Source: Squalus acanthias
Taxonomy: Eukaryota
Direction: 5' to 3'
Length of the DNA: 64,000 bases
NCBI GenBank assembly: GCA_030390025.1
Contig: CM059432.1
Coordinates: 95,358,001 to 95,422,000 of the forward strand
The notes under the pieces are model-generated. The model saw only the letters and a program-made list of their open reading frames with translations. It was not told the DNA's origin and ran no database searches. The position numbers and the translations under genes are program-made. Of this stretch, positions 47,454 through 59,932 are shown piece by piece (position 1 is the stretch's first letter; each line of letters starts with the position of its first letter).

Positions 47454-48417
47454 GGGGGGAGTTTTAACCCCAAAAAACAGATGGTTTGGGTCGGGTGGGA
47501 GGTTAAAATGGTTGAAATCTGAATCCCGACCACAACCCGCCCACTTCTGGTTTTAATGGAGGCGGGACAATGTTGTGAGCAGCCAACCCGCTCCCAGGAG
47601 GTGGGTTGGCATTTTAAATATTATAATGAGGCTCCGTGCCTCCTTTTGAATCTCCATTTTAAATTTAACTCTGCACGGCCGGGTTTCCTGGGCTTTGGGG
47701 AACCCAGCTGCTAAAGGAAGGCGAGGACTGCTGGATCCAGGAGGTACGTGCCTTTCCACTTACCTGCTGGATCCAGCGTCCCTGCCTCGACAACCTCCCT
47801 TGATCAGACAACCCCCGACCCTTCCGATCTTCCCCTCGACCTCCACCCCGAGGCCTCCAATCTCCCCTACAAGGCCTTCGATCCCCGGCCCCCAAACCTC
47901 CTCCGGCCCCCTATCCCCGGCCTCCGACCCCACCTCCAGCCTCCGATCCCCGGCCTCCAACATCCCCCCACCCCCCGCCTTCTGATCCCTGTCCCCCGGC
48001 TGCTGACCCACTCCAGCCTCCGATCCCTGGCCCACGACCGCCCCCCACCCCGATCTCCGACCCCCCCACTCTGATCCTGGCCTCCAGAAATCCCCTCCGA
48101 TCCTGGCCTTCTGACCCCCCCCCCCTCCCCCGATCCCAGCCTTCCACCCCTCCCCCCACCCCCTCCCGATCCCAGCCTCTGATCCCTCCTCTTTGCCCCC
48201 TGGCTGCGGCCTGGTGCCACAGGCCTACCCGCCCAACAGTCAGCCAGCCTCTCAATCTGGCTGGCTATGCGGGGGGGGGAACAGTGAAAAAAAATGTTAA
48301 TCAGATCCTGTCGTTAAATTCGGCAGGGCCTGAGGGAAACCCGTTCACCCAGGTCTCCCGAACGCAATCTAACCCCCTCCCCATCCACTCCCCTGCCTCC
48401 AAGTTAAAACCCTGCCC
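47454..48417. mobile_element. GC-rich Harbinger-like MITE with a C-rich degenerate internal repeat
   Basis: TIRs GGGGGGAGTTTTAAC / GTTAAAACCCTGCCC; flanks AAT and ATT. Confidence 0.8.
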
Positions 48418-49620
48418 ATTATTTTATGGTTTTAAATAAATACATTTGGGGGCTGATTCCCCAATCAGGTGGAAAGTCAGACACTGCAGGCCAGCAATTC
48501 CGCAACCATCACTGCTGCACCTCTCCAAGATTGGCCAGTCGGGAAATCAGCACTTTGGTGTATCTGAGTGTACATTTCTGTGATGTTTACAAGGTATTTC
48601 TTGTATTCAGTGGCGTTACTTCAAGACTATTGCTCAGGAATATAATTAAGTAGCAGGAAACATATGAAAGTTTCTTTTTCATAAAACTGAAATTTTGAAT
48701 GTTGTGCATCCATTAATCTCCCTCTCTCATTGTTTGTTGTATCTGAAACTGGACTCACTGCTTTCTCCACTTCATTAGATTCTTAGCGAGTAATGCTAAA
48801 TTAGCCAGTAACAGTGGGGTTAATTTTCATGTAGAGTGTATATGGCGGGGGTAGGGGGGGGATAGACAGCGCATCAGCTCCACTCGCCCAGTGAAGGCCC
48901 GATCGATTTTCATGGTCAAGCCTCCTTTACATTGAATTGGCAAGCTGCCAGTGCTAATCGTGCTCCTTATAGGCAGCTCGCCAATTTGGGGAGCAAGAAA
49001 TCTAGCAGGGTATCCAACCTTGGTGGGCCTGCAGCAGAACATTAAGAGGGAGGGGTGAAAATGTCAAGAGTGAAATGGAACAGTAGTTTTGAGAAACAGG
49101 GAAATTTTTGCAGCACCTACAGCAACAATGCGATGAAATATTGGAAGGCTTTAAGGCTCAAACCAGACTTCAGTAAAAATGAATGCCCGACTGCAGTTAT
49201 GGATCCCATCAAATACCCCTAGAAATGGCCACCTCCCGACTTATAGCGGGCATGGTTTGTGGGCAGGTGGAGGAACTGGCTGTGGGTAGAGATGACAATG
49301 GCGTTGGGGTCCTGACAATGTCGTTTGACCCCAATTTGCATATATTAATGAGGCCCCTGCCTGTCACTGGCAGGAGGTCTGGCTGCCTAAATCGAGGCGT
49401 GGCCAAAAATCGGAACAGGCAAAACCACCAGCAGTAAGTCAGTGGTTCAGTTTGCTATGTGACCTTAGTCCCACTATGGCTTTATTTTTAGATGGGAGCA
49501 AGATAAAAATGAGTTCCAGTAACTTTGGCATTGAAGGAGCTGAACATTTCTGGAAATACACGTACAGCAGAAATAAATAAAGCAACTTATTTTGATTATG
49601 TAACCACAAGAAATACCACA

Positions 49621-50448
49621 GTCCATGCCCGCATGCAACAAGACCTGGACAACATTCAGCCTTGGGCTTATAAGTGGCAGGTAACATTCACGCCACAGAA
49701 GTGCCAGGCAATGACTATCTCAAACAAGCGAGAGTCTGACCACCTCCCCATGACATTCAACGGTATTACCATCACCGAATCCCCCACCATCAACATCCTG
49801 GGGGTCACCATTGACCAGAAACTTAACTGGACCAGCCACATAAATACTGTGGCAACAAGAGCAGGTCAGAGGCTGGGTATTCTGCGGCGAATGTCTCACC
49901 TCCTGACTCCCCAAAGCCTTTCTACCATCTACAAGGCACAAGTAAGGAGTGTGATGGAATACTCTCCACTTGCCTGGATGAGTGCAGTTGCAACAACACT
50001 CAAGAAGCTCGACACCATCCAGGACAAAGCAGCCTGCTTGATTGGCACCCCATCCACCACCTTAAACATTCACTCCCTGCAGTGTGTACCATCTACAAGA
50101 TGCACTGCAGCAATTCGCTAAGGCTTCTTCGGCAGCACCTCCCAAACCCGCAACCTCTTCCACCTAGAAGGACAAGGGCAGCAGGCGCATGGGAACAACA
50201 CCACCTCCAAGTTCCCCTCCAAATCACACACCATCCTGACCTAGAAGTATATCGCCGATTCTTCATCATCACTGGGTCAAAATCCTGGAACTCCCTCCCT
50301 AACTGCACTGTGGGAGTACCTTCACCACACGGACTGCAGCAGTTCAAGAAGCGGCTCACCACCACCTTCTCAAGGGCAATTAGGGATGGGCAATAAATGC
50401 TGGCCTTGCCAGCGACGCCCAGATCCCATAAGCGAATAAAAAAAAAAC
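49621..50448 (+). mobile_element. LINE-B 3' fragment
   Basis: QQDLDNIQPWAYKWQVTF, ILGVTIDQKLNW, YKAQVRSVMEYSPLAW; poly-A tail. Confidence 0.92.
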
Positions 50449-50569
50449 CAAAGGAAACTATTAACAAGAGAAAATGAAATATTTTAAACAAATGCAGCTA
50501 TCATACATAAGCTAATGGTGTGATGGTGTAAATTCTATACATACTGTACTTTAAAAGAAAAGTACCTAC

Positions 50570-50920
50570 CAACCCAATGGCTCACTCAGTTTATATATTG
50601 AGCCTTAACCGGCCAGGAATTCCCAGATTCGAATTTTGGTATTTGCTGAGTTAGCTGATCACAGCCAATTTGTGGTTACATAAGCAAAGTAAGTTGCAGT
50701 AGAGGCAGCACAATTGGCCTCAGTGCCTGTAGGTTTGGTGGGGTGGAAATCAATTAGGTTTCCCACTCTTAATTGCAATCCAACAACACTTGCTGGAAGT
50801 GCAGTTATGCAGAGACCAGGTAAGGCCAGGATTGGTCTCGGCTGTGATGCTGTTTCAGTTTAACAGTCTGCCAACACTCACTCTCAAGGCTCACTCATAA
50901 AGAATAGCTACTTGGCGAGA
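50570..50920 (+). mobile_element. Old SINE-like repeat
   Basis: Homologous segments recur at 58200-58357 plus 58979-59050, 59810-59900 and 56940-57110 (reverse). Confidence 0.55.
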
Positions 50921-50929
50921 CATGGGCGG

Positions 50930-51460
50930 ATACCCGATGCCTGTGGAATCTACCCAAGCATGGGTCACTGACCACCTTTACGTTGATGAAGTGGAAGTCT
51001 TTGCAGTTCATGAACATCATGGGAATGCTTGTAGGCACCTGGATGCCCACATGGGTGCTATCAATATTAGCCTGGGTGATTCTGCAATGCATAAAAATTG
51101 CAGGGCCCTTTCATTCTGCTGCCAGTTCTCCAGGGACATAAAGGTATGCCTTGTTGAACAACACATTCTACTTTATTCATCTATGCATTATGATTGACTA
51201 ATGCCCACTGTGGTAGCTTGGATAGAGAGCAAAGCACAAAAATCTAGGGCTGTGACAACCTCAAATATCACTTGCAGAGCCATCCCTGTGGTAGAAATTG
51301 TAGATTAGCTTCCATCAGACAGCCAAACTCCATCCCTACTTCCCAGCTGAAGCTGAGTCGGCAAAGATAGTTTTTCTGCGGACATTCCTGGGCCTGTCCA
51401 AAGAGACGGGGATGTGAATACGGGTAGGTAAGTCCACCAATACTTCAATCAAGGATGCCT
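50930..51460 (-). mobile_element. Harbinger transposase relic
   Basis: TQANIDSTHVGIQVP...FMNCKDFHFINVKVVSD matches the GAIDCTHV..P..FVNRKGFHSINVQ.VCD motif. Confidence 0.75.
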
Positions 51461-51576
51461 AATGCCATTCTTCTGCCAAATAAAATAAAGAGAGGAGTTC
51501 TGTATTCTGAATTTTAGTTGGCACCAGGAAAAATATTGTTAGCAAAAATCTGGTGAAAAAAATTGCAAAACATAAA

Positions 51577-52334
51577 GGGCTGAATTTTAACGGGACAGGC
51601 GGGTTGGGGGCTCCGCCGCAGTCAGGAAACACCGGAGAACAGATTTCCCGCAGGCCCTGCCAAATTTACATGATTTGCATGGAAGCCTCTGTTTCCCACT
51701 TGCAGCCAGCCAGATTGAGAGGTTGGCTGGCTCTCGGCGGGTAGGCCTGCGGCACTAGGCTGCTCAGAGGAGGGAGGGAGGGATGCAGGGGGCGGGGTAA
51801 CAGCAATCGCAGGCCTGGGAGCGGCCATAGCAGCAGGGAGGGGGGGTTCTGAACAGCGATTGGGGGCTGGAGAAGTGACCAGCGAAGTAGCGGGGGTGGA
51901 TCCCAAGGTTCGGGGGCCGGAGGAGTAGCTAGAGAAGCAGGGCGGGGAGGATCCTGAGGAATTGGGGGTGGGGGACGCCTCATGGAGGGGATCGGAGGCG
52001 TCGTTGGGGGGGGATCTCTGATCGCGGGGGTTGGGTTAGGTAGGGACGCTGGATTCAGGAGGCAAGTGTAAAGGCACGAGGCTTACAAAACCCAGTCAGC
52101 TGAAGTTAAATACAAAATGGTAGTTAAAGCAGAGGCTTCTGGCCTCATTAAAATATTCAAATCGATGACCCGCCTCCTGGCAGCGGATTGGCTGCCTGCC
52201 CATGTCCCACCTCTAATAAAACCGAAAGTGGGCGGGTTGGAGGCAGGTTCAGGTCGGGATTCAGATTTTTAACACTTTAACTACCCCCATGCTCCAACTC
52301 ACCAGTGTTTTTTTTTAGGGTTAAAATTCCCCCC
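51577..52334. mobile_element. GC-rich Harbinger-like MITE with 3-bp TSD AAA
   Basis: TIRs GGGCTGAATTTTAAC / GTTAAAATTCCCCCC. Confidence 0.82.
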
Positions 52335-52650
52335 AAATTTTCCTAAAATAACAGCGTTTTGAAAAGCTGCTCTCAAAAATCCACCGTCAAATTTGATCAT
52401 GCAACAAATACAGCTGGCCCCCCCTTTAAGGAGTCACTTCCTATCTGCCCTGAACTGGCTTGACTTTCATCATCCATGTTACATTTAGTGCAAAAATACT
52501 TTAAGAAGATGGCTCTTGTGCAAAACATGTGGGAATTTGGTGATATGAATATCAGCCTGATTTCCCAGCCGTTTGCCCATTCTGCACCAACACTGCCAGC
52601 CACATGAAATGGAACATTTGTCCTACTTTTAGTGAATTTTTGTGTATATT

Positions 52651-53523
52651 AACAACAACTACTTATATTTATATAGCGCCTTTAACGTTCTAAAAGAAAC
52701 CACTGAGCCATATAAGGAGATGTTAGGGCAGATGACCAAAAGCTTGGTTGAAGAGGTAGGTTTTAAGGAGCATCTTAAAGGAGGAAAGAGAGGCGGAGAG
52801 ATTTAGGGAGGGAATTCCAGAGCTTACGACCTAGGCACGACTGCCAATGGTGGAGCATTTAAAATCGGGGATGTTCAAAAGACCAAAATAGGCAGAGCGC
52901 AGAGGTCTAGGCGGATTATAGGGTTGGAGAAGATTACAGAGATAAGGAGGGGCGAGGCCATGGAGGGATTTGAAAATGAGAATGAGAATTTTTAAATTGA
53001 GGTGTTGCTTAACTAGGAGCACAGGGGAGATGGGTGAGTGGGACTTGGTGCGAGTTAGCACACGGGCGGCAGAGTTTTGGATGACCTCAAGTTTATGGAG
53101 GGTCGAACCAGGGAGGCTGGCCAGGAGTGCATTGGAATAGTCAAGTCTAGAGGTAACAAAGGTATGGATGAGGGTTTCGGCAGCAGATAATTTGAGGTAA
53201 AGGCGGAGATGGGCGATACTACGAAGGTGGAAATGGGCAGTCTTAGTGATAGAATGGATAGGAGGTAGGAAGCTCAATTCATGATCAAATATGACACCAA
53301 GATTGTAAACAGACTTGGTCAGCCTTAGACCGTTACCAGGCAGAGAAATCGAATCAGTGGAAAGGGAACAGAGTTTGTGGTGTGAACCGAAGACAATGGC
53401 TTCGGTCTTCCCGATATTTAATTGGAGGAAATTTCTACTCATCCAGTGCTGGATGTCAGACAAGCAGTCTGATAGTATAGAGACGGTGGATGGTTCGAGA
53501 GAGGAGGAGGAGAAGTAGAGCTG
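52651..53523 (-). mobile_element. L2 LINE 3' part
   Basis: ORF 52831-53577 with WMSRNFLQLNIGKTE and FVTSRLDYSNALL; (CAA)n tail. Confidence 0.92.
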
Positions 53524-56500
53524 TTTTTTTTTTATCAAAGCAGGGATGTCAGTATTGATGAATGAACCCTCTTCCATTTTGGATCCCCAGTGTCAGCCTT
53601 TAGGACTCTTAGGTCAAGTAGAGCATTGACAGATGAAGAGTAAAACTCTCTTTACCTTGCTCCAACAATGTACTTTGACCTTGACCTTAGGAGAGAACCC
53701 TCTATGGTAACACTCTAAATTTTCCATTTCCTGCAATAGCCATCATTGTGGCTGCTCTAATTCTGTCTTTGCATTGCTCCTGCTGTTGTAATACCAACAG
53801 TATTTGTGCAAATGCGAGTATGAGCTGCAGCTACAATACACACTGTCATCACTGTGGAGTCGGGGGCTGGTAAATCACCACACATGCAAACTTAGACGCA
53901 CACATGAAGCTTTATCTATCAGTAGCTCTGACTGCAGCGAAGACTTTGTTTTATCAATGACAAGACAGTTAGCTATTCCATGAGTAAAAATGGAACGACA
54001 GTGCAAGAGGCCCACTAATTGTCAATTTAAAATAAAAATTAATTAAAAGCAAGCTTCCCACTGCCAATGTTTATACAGTTGCCAACACAAAAGCAATCTG
54101 ATGCAAGGCTGCCTTTGGAGGTAAGCTCAGCTGCACCAGTAACAGCCCGCTCTGGCAGTTTTGTACTACTCCTTTGGCACCGTCACACCAAAAAAATTTC
54201 AGCACCTCTGCACTCATACAGTATAAAGACAGCTAGAATATAAAGACAGCTAGAATAAGTTATCAATGTAATGCTGAATTATGGGCAGTTCTACACTGTG
54301 AACTCACAGTCACCAGGAAATATGCTGAGGCCAAATTCATTTCATGTTAGAACCTTTACAGCTGGCAGAGAGAAAAGACTTTAATCCCACCAGTCTGGGC
54401 TGGATTCAATCCTGAGTCCCAAAGATGAAAGAACAATGTTCTAACACAACACATCACCCAGTCCCATGGAAAGTTACCTTTAGCAGCAAGGTTAGCATTT
54501 TGCTTTTCAAATTAAAAGGGCTGACAAAAAAGAATTTTGGTTCAAAACTGCATTATTTCTGTTACCACTGTTGTTTTTTAAAAACTGTCTGCCTGACATG
54601 CAGTTTTGACTTACAATGTTCATAAAATTTCACGTTTAGACTTTACCTATTTCCTGGTGATAACAGAAATTACATTTATAAAAACACATGATGGCATCAT
54701 TGTTATAATATGTCTAATAATTGTTTTTTTTAAAAGAAAACTTAAGAGTATCAGTCTTTTATATTGAAAAACAAGTTGCTTCAGCCAGAAATAATATTGA
54801 AATGTGTTAACTGGCCAGCACTTTAGAAAAGCAGTTCAACTTTACAACAACCCAACTTGGCCTATCTCCATTAAAAAATAACAATGTTAAGTTTGCACTT
54901 CTGGTGAGTTATTTTACATTGTTATTATTCTGATAAATTAAAACATGGGTAGGATTTTTCCCAGTAGAACTTGTATCTGTTTTGATAATAGCAAAGAATT
55001 GTATATAAGTGTTAAAATTACCATTATGCAGTATGAGAACAACAGCAACAATCTTATGTATAATATCTCATTTATGTTTAGCATTTGGCATTTTATATAT
55101 CCTAAAAAAGCTATTAAATTACATTAATGTAATAACAGTAGAAACTATCAGTTATGTTTTAGAACTGTAGTAAGAAGCCCTGCTTAAACACAACCCGAAT
55201 GAAGTAGCTAGATTTCAGACAAATCTCTGTTGTCTTGAGGTTCCAATGAATTAGGAGGTAGTGCATGTTGAGAGGAATCTAGCATTTCTCTGGAGTTACT
55301 GGACATGACAATGCTGCATTATTGCTCTGAAGGCTTACTTTTGCAGGTGCAAAGTCAGATTTTTCATGTAATCTTCCGAAGAGATATGGAGATGTATCCA
55401 TAACATTGATCAGGATAAATGAAATTACACTTTTCTCTGATGACGTGAAACAACACTGTGCTACGATTAATGCACATTCATATGTAATTATTTCTCATTT
55501 ATATTAAAGCTTGAAATAAATGTATTGGTTAAAATCGCAGACAAATGAATTCCATTCAAAAACACTTGTATGTTAATCTTCACAGAGTGTAATTTCAAGG
55601 CTTGAGTGACGAGGCATACTTACTTCCATCATTGCCACTTTTAATAGCTCTAAGTTTTATGCATGCTGTTGAAGACTAGTTAGGATAAAAATGTTCTATA
55701 TCAAGCCAAAGTTACAAAGTCTACACGAATACTAGTTTATATTCCCTTCACTTATTCATTCCATAAAGGATGTGTGTGAAAAGCACTATATTACAACAAG
55801 GACCTTGACCTTTGGACCTTAATATTTTTCTTGCAAGATCACTTTATTATTTAAAAATAAATGTGTTTTTTGTTTCCAGTTAAAATAGCATGCATTTGAA
55901 AAAGTGCTATGTATTATATGCAAAAAGGCTAGTCAGACTGTTCATGTTATAATCGCAATTCATTTTTATAGACAATCATGGCAAAAGTGTAGTAAACCAA
56001 ATGAATCATCAGTTATATTAACCTGAAAAATTAAGGAAGAAGTTAGGGGTAAACATATTTAACAGCACAGAAAATGGTACAGTGGATTAAACATAAGACT
56101 TAGCATTGCATTATTAGAATTGGTTTCAGAGGGAAACATATATTGCAATATATATTTGTAATGGATTAAAAAAAATTGTCCCATAGTTGAACTATTTTCT
56201 ATGAATCAGACATAAATCTTCTCCTCAAAATCCAAAGGACATTCTTTTGTCACTTGTGTTATTTGCAATCAGATCAAAGTGCATTCATGATGACAAAATG
56301 TTTGTACTTTTGGATCCGGATGCTGTATAATCTAGCAATTGAACAGTTAAGTATGGCTGGGCATTTAAGAACTACAGACAGCTGCAAAGGACTATTTAGT
56401 ACTGACGCAGATGAAGGTCATGGCGTAGATCTTGGTCTGTCCTTGAATCCCTTATCAAGAAAGCGCTTTGAATGACTATTGCCAAGTTATTTTTTTTGCT

Positions 56501-58357
56501 TCTGTATAAATAGACCTTTGTTAAACTTAACTGCTACAGCACAAATAAGGATTTGTTGTCTTCTGCTCTATAACTTTTACAATTATAATAACTGAAAAGT
56601 AAATAACAATTGCTTTCAACTGAGAAGCCATTATGTGCCTGTTGCATGTTTAATATAGCAGTTCTGTACCCTATTATTCCTTCCCCGTGTTAATGCAGTA
56701 AGTAACAGGACAATAGTAGTTAAACGAAGGGGTGAGCAATCATTTATGTATCAATGCAAAGAAATGTAGCCAAATGTAAATAAGCAACTTGTTCGTTTGT
56801 GGCTCATGGCATATCAATTCGAGGAAACTGGGTCCATTTTGAATAATTAATCACTCAAACACTACCTACTGTTAGAAGTGTCAGTTAGATTGATTCTCAC
56901 TCCAATCATAAAAAGGCACAGTGGGTGATACCAATTATTTATAGAGGGGGGGAGCAGAGTAAGGTGGAAAAATTATTTCCACAATTAAGTCTGACTCCTG
57001 GCTGATTTTACCCAACCTAAGAAAGCAAAGGTCAATTGTGATGCCCCCATCAGTAAGGATCAATTTATTTAGCATAGACTAGGAATTGAACTTAGCACAT
57101 TCCAGGCTCATTACCACAAAAGTGCTACATTTAGCCCAAAGCTATTTGGGGAGTACAACATAGCCAGCTTTAAAAATATACCTGCAGAGTTAAAATGTAA
57201 ACTAACTCTACAACAAAGTTAGAACTAACATATATGCTTGGGGAGCACAAGTGCAGGATTGAGGAACTAGTAATAAAGTCATAATCTTTGTAATAGATTA
57301 AGGTATTTCCTTGGCAATAATGCCACAGTTTATTGCCTATATTGTGGTATAATTTTTATGTATACATGCGAGGCAAGTTGTGGTTAGTATATTGTGCATT
57401 GAGAAATAATAACTACGTTGCATATGTAGGGGTCAGTGGTGGCAATTTAAACAAAAAAGCCATTTTGACATCATTTGATATAGTAATAGTAGTGGTACTT
57501 TGCAGTAGGCACCAGTGATATCAGCTTGCTTAGTGAAAGACCAAACAAAAGGAAAAATAAAAACATAGAAATAAATGATAGCCACTGAAATTATTCTTGG
57601 CTCATTCCTTCTTTTCATTTAGATAAAGTGCATAGTGTATTAGTACACCAAAATTAACCAACTATGGGCCATACATTGTGCGGGATTTGAAACATGATCC
57701 ATGTAAGTTGTACCAACAAGTTTGCTCCAGTTTTACAAAGAACCCATTTGGTCAGGATTACAGTACAACATCAACAGGCGTGAGTACCCTTCATATTTAG
57801 CTGCTTCCTTCACATGTTTTATTATGTTTTATTTTGCTTTCTTCTTATTTTACAAATAAAGACAGTTCCTGAGTACTCTCTAGTGGGTTGAAATTATGTT
57901 GTGCAACATTACTAATTTGTTTGTTTGCTATTTTAATTATGACGCTACCCCATTTATTTTAAACATAACCATTCACAAAGCAGAGACTCTTTCACATTTC
58001 AAAACTCATGAAGACAGTCTCTCATCCGTAGTTTTTACAAACATCTAAAATTGATTCAATATAGATGGTAAAAATCTAACTTGTCTGGAAACTTGAGTGG
58101 AACTCTTGTGCTGGGTGGGCAGGTTTTACCAAAGCTGACAACATGTTAGTTTTATGAATTACGCTGTCACGGTACTACACAGTAACTTGTCCACAGTAAC
58201 TCTGGGTTAAAGAAGGGAAAAGTAGTCGGGGTTCAAACTCCTGGCTGGTAGCCAGTGGCATCTTCTAGAAAATAGATGTGCGTGGACATCTGTTGAGGAC
58301 AGGGTTGGGCTGAGCTGTAATGCCTCTTGTAGTCAATTAGTCTGCTGACACTCACTA

Positions 58358-58978
58358 GGGCTGATTTTACGTACTGACCGCGAACGGACGGGCAATGGGC
58401 GAGCGCACCCACCACCCACCCATTCTTGCTGGTGTGAGGCCTGAGCCATTTCGAAGCCCGGGCCTCATTTACATTCTGGCAGCAAGCCGTGGGTGGCAAG
58501 CTGGCAGCCTGCTGCAGCTCGCTGGTTGTGGCCGGGTGGGAAATCGGGCGGCTCCTATGTTAAGCCGCCCGACACGTCAAAGTGATCCGGGGGGATGCAC
58601 CCGGAGGTGCTGGCAACAGGCCAGAGGTTTTTTTGGGCCCAGGAAGTTGCAGTCCTGCTCCTCCAGGCCCAACCTAAAAGGAAATGAACATTTCCTGAGG
58701 CATTTTGTGAGCGGCCTCCAGCAGTCCATTTAAGGATTGCTGGTAAGGCTGCTCATTGCCTGGTACAAATGGGTGGTGCAGTGCAGGCTTCACCCATTTG
58801 TACCATGAAATTCCAATCGGAGTCCCATGTGCATCATAGGATCCCTATTTGCATCTTACAAGTGGCTCCTGCCTGAAACAGGCAGGCACTCCCGTTGCCC
58901 ATCTCGGGACCCTACCTCAGGTGGCAGCAGGTGGAGTGCCACCCGTTTAGGCCGGGTGGAGGGAGTTAAAATAGGCCC
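58358..58978. mobile_element. Harbinger-like MITE inserted in an old SINE
   Basis: GGGCTGATTTTA / TAAAATAGGCCC termini; the host repeat resumes on the other side. Confidence 0.7.
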
Positions 58979-59932
58979 AACTTTCTAGGTACAAAGGTGA
59001 AGAGTAGTCACTTTAGCCAAGTACTGGAAGGCTGCAGCCACCTGTACCTTGACATGAGTCAAAGCTTTAAGGACAGGAGGGAAGAAAAGGGATAAAACGG
59101 ACATCATGTGCAAGTAATATAATAACACTTTCCAAAGTGATTTGCATCATTCTGTTGTGCTTGTAAATGAAAGAAGTTTGCAAAACACTTTTTAATGATG
59201 ATGGTGGCTCTTAAACAAAGTCAGTGCAGTTGGTCCAAGCATTGTATGTGGCATATGTTGTGCAACCAGCCCTCTATCATTCAACTGCCGTAGTCATGCC
59301 AATTCTACCGATTGTTCCGACAATGTCAATCATGTCTATTGTGGACTATATTTGTCATTCCGGTTAGCCAAATGGGTGTATATTAATTGCATCAACTACA
59401 CCTATTGTACAAGCACTTTACCCAGTCCAGTTATGCCAATTATGTAATCCAAAGCTAGTACACATAAACTATAAAAGGCCAAACATAACGTATTATGTGC
59501 CTGATGGTCTTTCTTATGACTTATTTGCACTTACTCAGAAACTAATTGCATCATCATTTTTTCTATTCCCACATGCCAACCCTGTTAACCTTGCTACTTT
59601 AAAGAATAGTAGATGAAATAGCAATATCGGGCATAGCAGACGCTTTATTTGTGTCAACTTTACCAAGCCAGCTATGTCAAATGATAGAAAAAAAACTAAA
59701 TTGAAGACTTGGGCAACTATTACTGTCAAAGATTGCATAAACAGCAGTTACCATTGGTACATGTACAGTAGGCACGATTGGTAATTCTGCCACAATTGAC
59801 AGACTGAAAGCCTCCCATGGTCAAATAGCTTGCTGACACTGTCAATATTCAAATATGAAGAATGTGTATATCAGGCAAGTATTGGGAGGCTGCAGCCACC
59901 TGTGCAACTGTATTTTAAACTGGCTCAAAACT

